Part shown: one piece after another, positions 38,801-51,200 of the stretch | Numbering within the stretch: the first letter of the stretch is position 1 | Layout of the letters: the number at the start of each line of letters is the position of its first letter | Source of the DNA: Blasia pusilla | Taxonomy: Eukaryota | DNA length: 64,000 nt | Direction of reading: 5' to 3' | Assembly: GCA_050084515.1 (NCBI GenBank) | Contig: CM114271.1 | Coordinates: forward strand, 45,322,001-45,386,000 | Translations under genes and position numbers: made by a program | The notes under the pieces: model-generated | Told to the model about the DNA's origin: nothing | What the model saw: only the letters and a program-made list of their open reading frames with translations | The model's database searches: none

Positions 38801-41293
38801 TATACGGTATGAGAAACCCATTACAAAGTGCATATTGAGGATAAACTGATGATTTAACAGTGCACATAAGGGTACGAGGCGTCGAGTAAATTACAATACC
38901 CACTACACTGCATATTGGGTATGAACTTGCTGCAGATATCTTCCCATTTTGAAAGAAGGATGTGTACTATCGACCAATGGTAACACACTGGTTTGCATGC
39001 TAGTTTAGACTTGAGTATCTGTCTTTCCCATGCATGTGTTCTATGTTTTTGTAATCAAGATTTTCTTAATATTAACCTTCTGGCTCTTGTGTCAATGGAT
39101 GGCTGATCAAATTCAACCTACAAATGTTTGCTATCGACCTTGTTAGTCCTTGTGGTGGCCCTTGTCCTGGGTGCCTAAGGCATTTGAAAAGATGGGATAG
39201 TGCCTTAAGTAATAACCGAGTGTGTAAATGCTCGGATATCTCCAAGGCTTGCTAGGGCCGATTAAAGGGTATATGCCTTCCTACTTGATTCGGCGCTAAG
39301 GTAATTCTATTGTCTAACTGCAGTTGGTCATCAAGTTGCTCAAGTTAAACTTAGGAATTCTGATAACTAATATGAGAGTACCCTTGTTGTAGTAGGCAAA
39401 GTTGTAGCAAGCGTATAAAGTGAGCAATTTACAATAGAGCTAGTGTTAGAGTATTGTATGGTCACCACAAGGAATAAATCTCAAGTCTGAAATAGAGCCT
39501 TATACAAGTAGTGTATGTATGGACTTCAGTCTACATGAAAATGAAATCCACAGACAAAAGCCGTAATAACTTAGGGAATAGTGGTTCAAAACCAAACCTC
39601 GGAATGTAGCTTTAGGAAGATAGCTTGAGAGTGAACTGCTGCAAAAAAGTATAAAAACCAACCTATTAGGAGTAATTAGAATTCCATAGCACCCATAGTA
39701 CGAAACAGATACTGTTGTATGATTCCTACCAAAACCCTGGATAGTGGAAAAGAGGAAATAGTCTTGACAGCGTCGAATGTAAAGCTGAAACATAGTTGAC
39801 AAAGCCCATCCAAGTGTATCATGGAATTCCTAGACTGGAAAATTCATTACTGTATTCAGATTTCCTAGACACAATCGGCCACTCTGTTTCTCCATTCTAC
39901 TTTAACATGAAAGGAAAACTGAAAAACATCAATGAGGTGGGAAACAACGGTGGGAAATTCAACCCCGAATACAACTCTAAGGAAGAATCTCTCGACCTTG
40001 AGTTTATGAAAAATATACACAAAATTGGTTAGAGAAAATCGGAAATCTCAACAGTTTGGTTATCTCGGAATCGTGGACTACGCTGCTCTCCCACCATCCG
40101 AATTATAATTCCCCGGGATCTTGCAATTGCAAGACAACCATCTAGTGTCAGGCATTTGTTGAAGATCACAATGTCATGATAGCTCATGCACGAGAGCTTC
40201 TAGCCTTGAGCATGTTATTTGCATGAAGCCAAAGTCCTTATTTCAAATCATGGCTCTGTCAATGATGAAGCCAAGAGATGAATTGTGAATCACATAGGCA
40301 TAAGCTCTTTCAGACTTTGTGGAGATTGGATCGGAGTACAAAGTGAAATAGACATTTTGCTCACATCTGCAAAAGGCTGAACGATCATATACCCAAGTAC
40401 TCGTTGCAGCAGGCGAATCGATTGGGGGTCGGCAAAGGCCTGGACAACAATCCGTCATTGACACACGCACGAGAGCTTCTAGCCGAGGACAATTCTTGAG
40501 TTTCTTGGAGAGGTGGCCGAGGGCCTGGAAAACATTATTTCCTCTCTGCAGCAGGCAAATCGATCAAGGGCCAGGCAGCGTTATTGGTGAGGAAGAAACT
40601 GAAACCATAAACCCTGTAGCTTGGGTCAAGAAGGTGTTGGTGGGCAAGCAATAAGAACGAGATGACATAGCGCAAGAAAGAAGAGAGTCGAATGAGGGCA
40701 CCTACCAAAAAGAGGACCAAAATGCTAGATCTCAAAGTGCGGAAAAAAGACAAGAACGAGCATGCTATGGACACTCTTTCATAGTGCTCGGAATAGAGGA
40801 CACGGGAGCACGCTCCGTAGATTCATTAGCAGCCGAGAGAAAGAGGAGACCAGATTTTGAAGGTAGCAGAAAGCACGCAAGAAACATATTTGGACTCGGT
40901 AGATAGAGTGCCAATCAAGAGTAAGAGGATTATGCGAAGATACCACAAAGAATGCAAGAAGCGAAAGCGCGCTTGGCAGATACAGGGCCAAACGAGCCTA
41001 AACAACCGAGACAGCAAAATCACCACTAAGACAAGAATATGGAATCCCTAGGTAGGTCGCAACACTGAAAGCCTCACCCTCAACGCTAGGATATTGCGGA
41101 CAATAAGTGTCAAAGTGGTGAGTACTCACAACATCGAGATCGACGGTAGTGAATTGGAGACGGAAAAAGAATCGCACATATTTGTTACAACCCGAGACCA
41201 ATGCCGTGAGATGCAGTTGAGTAGTCTCACAACACACAAACTAGCCGAACTGGATATGAACACACACGAACCGATTTCTTGTCATTCCAGTCA

Positions 41294-41423
41294 TTCCTGC
41301 CACTATACACGAACCACATGAATGTCGAGAGCCGCCACAAGGCTCATACGGGAGCTCGTTCCTGCCACTATACACGAAGCACATGAATGTTGATAGCCGC
41401 TACAAGGCTCATATGGGAGCTTG
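41294..41423. repeat. 65-bp tandem duplication
   Basis: TTCCTGCCACTATACACGAA...GGGAGCT at 41294 and 41359. Confidence 0.9.
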
Positions 41424-42701
41424 AGTGATGCTTACACAGCTCCCATATGAGCTCATGTAAGCATTACTCGTGTAAGGGACTAGTTAAGACCTGTGAGGGA
41501 CCTAACTAGTCCTTAAACGACCCTGTAATTTAATGTAATTATACACATGTACCTCCGCATTAGTAAAAGTAGTTTATAAAAGACTATTTTATATGATATA
41601 AATGGATATTACGCGTCATAAATTCCTAAGTTTGAAAAGACACGTGTTGAACTCTCAAGCTGTCGCCATTCCAAAAACACTCCTAAAATAATGGTATAGA
41701 TTAAGGTTGTTCTTCGTGTCATGATTTAATTTTACCGAATAGGGAGGTTTGTTCTTTAAGTAGTCGATTTTTAGTGATTAAGTCCATTTTGATATGTACA
41801 CATAAGATTATATTAATATTCCACTCTTTTGGATCATATGACAACTTAGAGGAATTATGTTGTAATGCCCTTATGACTTTTTAGCATAATTTATAATATA
41901 ATAGAAGGAGTAAATCTTTCTTTCCAACAAGGTTGCATGACACGTGGCGAGGGAAGAACTAATCTATTTAAGTGATCCCAACCTAAACTCTTGTGCAATT
42001 TGAATCACTCTTAATTTAATTTGAATCACTCTTAACTTAATTTACCCTTAGTCCGGGCACCTCCTTACTAGTAAGAGTGATGGAAGAATCACCCAAAATT
42101 TATTTTTTCATGGAAAATATCCCTTGTAATTTCACATTAATTTCTTTAATGCCATATTGTTAAATTTCACTTTCATGAACAAGTGTCAATTCCAAAAACT
42201 CCTTGTGGAATGGCATGCCCTTGTTTTTCAAGACCATAGAGTATGTAAGTCATTTGTAAAAATAGAAATGCAAACTTGGCAAGACTTTTTTTTCTTTTAC
42301 AAGTCCAACCCTAATATCCTACATCTTCCTTAGTCGCAAGACTAGGGGTACACTTGCCACTACCAATCGTTATGCCATTCTATCATCTTACTTTGCCTTA
42401 CCCACACATTCTAGACATATGGCCATTGTGCTCATATTCAATACTTACTCTTCCATGATTGGCCAATTAATTTATATATTTGCTTAGTTGCCATCAAAAT
42501 TTATTTCTTTAGTAGGTGGAGGTCGAAACCAAAGCAGTTAATTCAAAAAAAATTGTAATTGCAAGTATCGTTACAACTTCCTTGCTTGTATCTCTTCTCT
42601 TGGTGCTAATCTCGCTGCTAATCCCTCCTTATGTGATTGAAAATTCTATTTTTCTTCTAGTTATAACACTTCTTCCTTAAATTTTGTTGTGCATTATACA
42701 A

Positions 42702-42897
42702 GTACCCTCGTAGTAGTAATATAAATTATAATAATATGTTATGGGAGTGGGTTTCCTTGCGTTAAAAAAGAGAATATACAATGCTAGAGAAGGTTCAAAG
42801 AAAAGAGTCTTTAAGTAAGGATCATTCTCTTTTTTAACGCAAGGAAACCCACTCCCATAACATATTATTATAATTTATATTACTACTACGAGGGTAC
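42702..42897. mobile_element. MITE-like perfect inverted repeat (74-bp arms, 48-bp spacer)
   Basis: 42702-42775 is the exact reverse complement of 42824-42897; ends read TA-CCCTCG...CGAGGG-TA. Confidence 0.75.
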
Positions 42898-45800
42898 AAA
42901 GTACTAAAGATTGTCACTTTAGTACTTTGAGCATGTTTATAACTTTGTATTATGACCATTAATCTTGAAGTATATGCTTTTCATGTTCTATCAAGACTAG
43001 AATATACATGATACTTGCATTTTATTTTAGTTTGGGTCAACTACATCAGAGGGAAACCTCGACTTGAACAGCAAACTTCATCCGAAACCTTGACTCGACG
43101 AGCTCTAGGAGCAACGAGCTTGCAGCGCCAAGGGAGCGGAGGAGCCGACACACGAAGGGAGCCGAGACACGGATAGAGAGCGTCCGTCTCCGTCCATGAG
43201 AAGACGGAGACGGACGCCGTTGTACGAGATGTCGACTCCATCCGTCTCTTCAACGGACGGGGATGGGGCCTGAGGGACGCCGTCGGGACCTACCTAAACG
43301 CCTTTTCGTCGATATCCGAGGTCTCCCGCCGCTCGAGCTATCGACCCTAAAACCGACGTCGGAAATTACTCGAACTAGCAGCTACTCTACGCGGCTTCAA
43401 TGCGAAGCCAGGACAAACTATGGGCTTCGGGTTATACACTAGCTCTTCAAACACTTTTTTATTTTCGGTGCATCGTACGGACACCTTACTAGTTTTTTTT
43501 ATAATACATTTAACTTGGCTTAAGAACAAAATTCATATATTTTATTTTAATTTAATTTTGGAAAAAATAATTTATCCCTTTTCCAATCTTCATCCTTCAA
43601 TAAGTAAAAGAAAGTCATTTATTTTGATGAATTTTTTTCTCCCAATCTAACTTGAAAATGAAAAATATTATAGAAACAATATGTCTTCCCTTATTTTGAA
43701 GAATAATTATTGTCCCATTCCGGGCTATTATCTTTTCATTTTTTCCCAAAAGGAAAATTTATTTTTCCTCAAAACCAAACTTTAAATTACTTTTTATCAT
43801 AATTTTACAATCTCACTTCATGAACAAATAGGATACGTGTCATTTAATCATTTGTCTTCACATCACAGTATGTCGATCTTTCTCAGCCAAAGCCCTTCTC
43901 ATGAAACTCACGAACTTTGTCTCCTTGGGCTATAGCGATCGCGAAAGGATTTTGGTTTCGCATCTACTTTACAAAAAGAGCGGTTAGCCTAGAGCGAGTC
44001 CGGCCACGGAAGGAGTCCATCCGCCATCTTCCGACGCCAATCCGAAGTTTAGAAGGTGCAGATCGTCCATTTCTTTTAATAGTGCGAGTGGGGAGAGTAG
44101 GAATCCGTTTTCAACTCCTGTCCTCCTGTCCTCGTGCCCGCGTACACGCCACCTCGGATGGATCGAATTCGACTCACTACCTGCGTGGTGACGCGATGCC
44201 CGATTTTAAGCACACAAGAGAGCATCGTGGCCGTGTTTCAAGGTACCGGGCTGCCGAGAGGGCTTTAGTGTTTTCAAAACATGAGTTTGGGGAGCTTAGG
44301 GACCGCCACCACATATAAGCATCCGTATCTGGCATCATGCACGTGCACTCATGGATGGCAAACTTTCCGTCGGGCGATGACCATTCATTCCTTCGCTGGC
44401 GTGTGTAGAACTAGCGAGCTCCTCCTGAAGGGAAACGTACGCAAGGCAAGTTGAGGGATGGGACGCAGAGGAGCTCGAGTTTCTCGCCCCTTATAGTAGT
44501 TCTATTTTCTACGATATAAGCGCTCGGAACAGCAGTGTGAGGTGGAGTTGCCACTAATATGAGAAGGTGTGAGTTGCAGCTCCATCATGACAATGTGGGA
44601 CTTCTGTGTTGTTGCTCCCCGGGAAGTCCGTGGAGCTAAAATATCAGTAGTTGTGGATCTCGCCCATTGAGCGATTGTTGCTGAGAGGAACGTGAGGATC
44701 GAGTGGGATTTTTGAAGTTCTCGGGAGCTTCTTATTCGCTGTTCGATGATATCGCCGTTCATGCCATTCTTGCTTAGAGTGATCTGGAATGGAACGCGGC
44801 AAGTCTTCAATTGACCATGAAAGATCGGCAGCCAGCAAACACTCATGCAAGCACTCCTTCAAAAACGCGGCTTTAAAAAGAATCCCATGTGCGCTTCAGA
44901 AAAAGAAAACGCTGGGAGCTTCACAGGAATCTGCAGCTCAAGATCTGCGTCTACCAAATCTCTCGAAACGCTAGCCGTAGCAACTGCTCGGAGTCACCGC
45001 GAGCATGTTCAGATATGTGTCACACGCACTTCCGATACTCGAATGCTACCGAGCCTCAAATCGCACGGTTCGCCCGATGGCTTCTTGTACGAATCCACCC
45101 TCTCGATATGGATAACGTCGCCAGACTCTCAGCGTGTCGTCCGCTCCACAATCCCCGCAGCGGTGACAGGCGCGGGAGGTGGAGGAGAAGAAGCGTGATC
45201 CTTCGAGAATAGAATGCCTCTCTACTCGTCTCTAGCCAATAATCATCATCATTTACGAGCGAGGGCCAGGCAGCCGGTGCCACCAAACATAGGTTTCTGA
45301 GAAATCACAGGACCAGAGACCAGTACGCGACAACAGCACTCGCACTTCGAGCTTCGATGAGTGCGGCCCGTGGTCATTTAAGAATCCCTTCAATGGACTC
45401 AAACTTGTCGATCCGTCGATCGGTCGCCCATCGATGATAGATCAGGCGCAGAAACCGGTAGCGGCGATCCAGCGAAGGACCCGGGATGAAACCACCGCAC
45501 TTCTCGACTCGCGAGTACAGTGATGCATCGTATGCGCTTTCCGCAACTCTGCGCTCTTCTGCGAAGTCAATTTCTCTGCGGAACTGCTTTCGATTTCGGC
45601 GTTGCTTTGTGTACGGCGGTGTCAGTCGGTGCAGTCTCCTAGATGCCTAGGAGGATAGCTTCCTTCTCGTAGGGCTTCGGTTAATCTCCTACTTACACCT
45701 GGCTAAATAACGCCGGCCGTCACGGGTTCGCTTCGTTTCTGTACAAGAGGGTATATAACATCCCGGATCTCCCGGCCGACTTCAGGGAAGACAAACTGAA

Positions 45801-48800
45801 GTAAGGTGAACTTGCGAACGGGAGGAACCAGACAGGCAGGAAAATCGCGATTCCCGTAGGCCTTCCTTCGAGGATGATCGGTTCCAGGGAACGCGGGACG
45901 TCCCAAACATGATACATGCACGGCCACAATTTTCCACCGTGGATGTGCGGATCCAGCGGCTTACGCGTGTTTCGCGATGCAGGGATTGCTCCCGCCGGGA
46001 TTTCAACCACCGACGAGAGAGCACGGACTCTACACGCTGCAAGGACCGCTCCAGACCACCGGTCGGTGACGGGCATTCCGGCGTGGTACTATGGCGGTCG
46101 TGCGAGAACAATCCCGGCCTACTCGCATACGTGGTTCTCGTATCGTCTCCGAGCCAGCGAGGCACAGGCGTTTGAGCCGCGTTTACCCTTCACTGTCGGT
46201 TCCACTACGAAGCTTTACGATATATCGGACAAGGTTTTCCCTCTGGACCCCGTGCTGCGGCTCTTGTGGGGTCCGCCACTGCACTTCCAGTTGGGAAACA
46301 CAGGCCCTTGACGTTTCGGGTTTCACCACAAATGGCACGTCTCCCTTACCGAATCCGCACGTGAATGGACGTCTCCGTTCGTCATTCGTTCGTTTTCATG
46401 TCGTGTCGGTTAAACTGGATGTCAATGAATCATTGGTCAATCACTTTCTATCCTTACTATAATTTCCGTAATTTCACTTTCGTTACGGCTTTCAGATTTC
46501 CGTAACCTATTGAAGAAGTCGAAAAATCGACGTTTTTACTTAAGCTTGGTCTCTGCAAATTACCGGCCATTTCTAGCCCCTAAATTAGTGAACTACTCAA
46601 CCCTATCCCCGAATCGATGCCAGGTAGGCGATTGGCTAGGGCCGGGAAAGGGTGTCCAATGACAAAGAAGGAAACCCGAGTATAACCATGGTTTTGCATT
46701 ATGGTTAGCATTATTGGGATGATACATGGTGATTTCTGGTTTTGTGAGTTAGTCTATGTTATAATCAGGTATTTGTCCGAGTCTTTTATTCTCGTGATGT
46801 TAGAAAAGATCTTAAAATTTTCAGAGTATTGAAATTATCTGTGTATGTGCGATTCAATAATTTAACCAGTCCCCAAGTGAAACTAAGGACACATGTCACA
46901 ACGAGTTGGATGAGAGTTGTTGGTGAGGAGAGGTGTTTGAAAATCAAGAGGGCACTCTCCCGTAATGAGATAGATGTACATGTATGACATAAGTGTTAGA
47001 CGTATGTCATACGCTCATTCAAGCATTAACCCTGTTATGTATGTGAAACTTGATTGCGGAGCTTCATGCATTGTACAAGATTGGTCAATTCCCGAGGGGG
47101 AGTTGTTAAACCCTAGTTGAGATTTAGTTGGAATATGCAAAGTTGTGGGTGAGGGATTTTGTATAGGATTTATTGCGCAAAATTTAGCGAGGTTTACACT
47201 TTCAGAGTTGTTAAGCCAAGGGTTCATTGGTAAACGCTTGTATTTTCAAGAGATATGTTTGCAAGCGACTTCCTACTTCCGACAATAGATTGATCCATAT
47301 TCTACAAGACACTCGTTAGCAATTAAGACTAAGTTGCTCTCCAAAACTATAGAATTGGCTTAAATTCTAACCTACAACATGCATGAGGAATGTCAAGTGA
47401 TCATCTATATTATTAAAGCAAAGTGTATATGCAACTAAAAGACAAAGTTTTCAATACATTTTCAAAAAAATCTCTCACCATGTATTGCATCTTGAGGGGA
47501 CATTAGGGATGATGGAATGAGCAACTAACTAAGGGAAGTTCTCCACCACTCCAAAATCTGATTTATGTAAGTAATATAAGCTATCATCCCAACATGGGTA
47601 TGGATGGACATACCTCTACGAGAGATTAATGTGCATGAGATAAATCAACTTCTCTCGCATATATAAATGTTATTTCTTTCACCCACGATCTAATGTAATT
47701 ACTTATCCTTGGATATTTAGTGGTTAGAAAGGGTTTGGGAGAATTCGCAAGAAAATTTCATGTGTTCATTTCTAAAGCCTTTATGGTCCCAAGCCCATCA
47801 CTTACCTAGACAAGCAAGCACATATGGTCCGTAGCCAAAGATGTTCTTTAGAATACCTCCATTCAATAATTGACATAAAATATTTATATATATATATGAA
47901 TCATGGATGTGACATGATTTTGGGTATGGTTGAGAAAGAAGGAAATATTAGGGTATGATTAACGTAGAAAAACTTGTGCATTACACATTTGAGAAAGTGG
48001 CTCTTAGTAAAGACATACATAAACCAACACTAATGACCGAGTGTGTCACATTTACATCAAAAAGTGTTGTTATATGGCTCTCATTTTACAACATTATTGA
48101 AAAGTTCCCTTAGTGTACACTAGGTATGAGCGCCATGCAAGGAAGCTAATGATGGTTAATTTGAAGTCCCCATCATTATGTTAATTATCCCTAACCGATC
48201 CCAAATCCACACCCATGACCCCAAAAATTTATTCTAACTTAACCAATGACACATGTTAAGATCTGATTGACCAAAAATATCAAATACCAGCCAAAGAAAT
48301 GATTGAAAATCAAAGAGGCACTTTGCAATAATAATGTAGATGACACGTTTTTCATTAATTTTTCAAGATCATATTAGAAAGGTTATGTCAAACCCATTGG
48401 ACTAGGATCATCTCCTTATGAAACATCATAGGAAGAAATCCAAAAAAAAGTCTACAAGCTCTTAATGTGATTCTTGATCCCTAAGACTTAATCTCTACTA
48501 ATATTAAAAGTAAAAGTGTTATTCATAAGAGTTATAGAATTACACATAGGTTCTGTTTTAAAAAATTGAAGAAAAATTCTTATGTTATCCAATGGCATCC
48601 CATTAAATTTCTTAGCACATCGATAAATAATTTTTCATTTTCAAAAGGATTTTCACGATTTTCAACTGAAATGTGACTTTCTCCATAAGATTTCATTAAT
48701 GACGTAGGATTCTATTTTCAATCCCAAATTTTCTTGTCTATTATCCACGCTCCAAAAAATTATTTATTATATTATTCAGGCTCATTTTCTAGTTAAATTT

Positions 48801-49465
48801 TTCTTACCGTATTCTACGAAAGAAAAACACACAATATCTACGATCCGTCGCTGAGATAAGCATGGTTAGCCACACGTAATCCACCAACGCATGTTAGATC
48901 ACGTGGCGAAAGACACCCCCGATCTAAGGCTAGCTAGTGGGCTTCCTCTTGCTACCCAGATTTAGGAATTATCCCTCGTGGTGAGAACTCGAGTGTGACT
49001 CACCGGCGACTGGGTCCGATGTGCGCACGCAGGGACCGATCATCTGTGGGGAAGGCCCCGGTCAAGCTGTACAGCGCGGAGGGTGCAGGATTCAGGACGC
49101 GACCGGCGGGTGCCGGTAGTGGACGACTAGTTCCGGGTACTGTACAGTACCGTACTACGAAAACCGGTTTCAATAAAAACGCTCATGGAAAACCCATCAG
49201 AGATACAAACGCCCTGAAAAGAAAGAAAGGGGGGCCTTCCCCCTGAAGAAGGAAAAATGTTTTTGGGGCGGTGGCCCTAGGGTGATTACCGACTAAGCGA
49301 AGGTGCTAAAATCACAGGAGGTGTGATACGGCAAAAGTAAGGGTCCCGCTGTGTAGGTGGGGAAACGGGTTGTCACTTGTTAGTACGGCGTGTAGAGGAC
49401 ATAAATGACGGTCAGGTGGAAACAGCTGACTAGGTGCAAATCGGCGAAGAGCTTGAATTGAAATT

Positions 49466-49491
49466 GGCGGGGCGGGGCGGGGCGGGGCGGG
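49466..49491. promoter_or_regulatory. (GGGGC)n GC-box array upstream of the O-fucosyltransferase gene
   Basis: GGCGGGGCGGGGCGGGGCGGGGCGGG; regulatory role inferred from position only. Confidence 0.4.
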
Positions 49492-51200
49492 TAAGCCGCG
49501 GGGGCTGAGGGACATGGGAACGAGCAGCTCGCATGATGTGGTGGCAGGCAGGCAACCTGGACGTGTGTCGCATGCGCCAGTCCGTGCGCGTTTGTCCGAG
49601 AGTCCGTCGAAATGAGCGTGGAGAGGATGGAGGATGGAAGGGCTGGGGACTTTGTAACCCCTTCGCCTTCGTGGTCCGGATCCATTTGCTCTCGAATTTG
49701 GGATTCCCCTAATAGTCCGGGGAGTTTTTCCACGAGAACCAGTACAGAACCGGTGTTCCAGAGCCCGGACCGGTAAATTTAGATTTCCATCCGGCAATTC
49801 CCCCTAAACCTGCCAGTTTTTCCCCGACGAGTTTGGATTGAATCGGAAAATTTTGATTTTAGCCGGTTACGATTACTCGTAACCCCGGGTCTCCCCATTC
49901 ATTGATTTCCCTTCCTTGCTTGGCCCTCACGTTTGTCTTTTTGTTCGCGACTTTCCATGCGGAGCTATAAGTCCTCGGCGCCTGCCATTTTCCCAGTGCA
50001 CTGCACCGCACTGCTAACCGGCTCCTGCCATCCATCCTCGGGGACGGGCCTTGGTTGGGGGCACGAAGTGCAGCAGTAGCACAAGACGCTGCAATTCTCG
50101 TCTGCATCGCGTCCACCTCATCATTGCACTCCTATTCCGCTCCTACATTCGCGTCTGCATCTCCTGTGCCGTCTCAGCGATCCCTTGCCTTGGATGCTCT
50201 ACTTTCACCTTCACCTTCTCCCGTGCCTTGTTCTGGCTGAACGCATTCGCGTCTCTTTTGGGTGTAATGCGGCAGGCCTCAACATTCCCCGCTCTATTGG
50301 AATTACTACATGCACAGGGCGCCGGCTATTTTACCATCGTGTCCGACCCCTTCGCGCTGCGTCGCTGATTTGTCCGCACTAGAAGGTGCTCTGGCGCAGG
50401 AAAGTGAACCGTGATCGTGTGAGTCGTGGAGCCTCACAAGTCGAGACTTGAAGCTACATTTGGAGTGTGTATTGGATGCGGATTTGCATCCGAAGGTGGT
50501 TTAGGCTTGGATTTACAGTCGTGAGTCTTGCGGCCATACTGTTGTTTGCATCGTGTTTGTGACCGGCAACGTCACAGTCGCAGGTCGGAAACGTGTGGCT
50601 CGGAGGGAGCTTGTGGCAAAAATTACTGCCGAATTGAGGCTTGAATTTTGCAAATACGCCTGCGCCCTTTCGTCTGTTGCCGAATGTACCACTGGGGAAG
50701 AACATCTCGTAGGTCTGGAGCGGCGAGGATTAGCCAGACATGGAGGTCATCAGTCGGCTGGGACATTCTTCCATCACTGCACAGTGAGCGCGTGACCCTT
50801 CTTTAAGGAAAGGAGAGGAACCAGATTCAACGCTGTGATCTCCGAGAACGAGATCGCTTTCGAGCGTTCGAAAGGAGAATCGTGGGGACGGTGAGGACCG
50901 GGGATCAGTAGGTCTCTCTTAATGTAGTGCTCAACGCATCCCAGGACAGCACGCCTGTCAACACCGTCGATAAATCAAGACAGGCCTGCAGTGAGACCGT
51001 GAAAGTCCCGGATAGACTAGATCCCCCACCGAAAGGAAGAGAAGTGAGGCGACTTTGTCTACTTCGGGACCTGATGGTCTCCAGAATGGAAGTGGCGCGA
51101 GGGACATGAGAGATCACTCATTCAAGTGGGTTACGCGTGGAGAGCAGTATAGTTGACTTACCAGTACTCTACTCATTCGTCGAAGCAATAGGGTGGGAAG

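Noticed and set aside
43020-46460. GC-rich region with overlapping ORFs and a 10-bp IR (44415-44477)
   Set aside because: ORFs on both strands lack motifs, and the stem is too short to call a pre-miRNA
46700-48850. AT-rich block with Helitron-like 5' starts (TCTATATTATTAAAG about 47404; TCTCTACTAATATTAAAAG about 48492)
   Set aside because: No convincing hairpin+CTRR 3' end; probably TE debris but not classifiable
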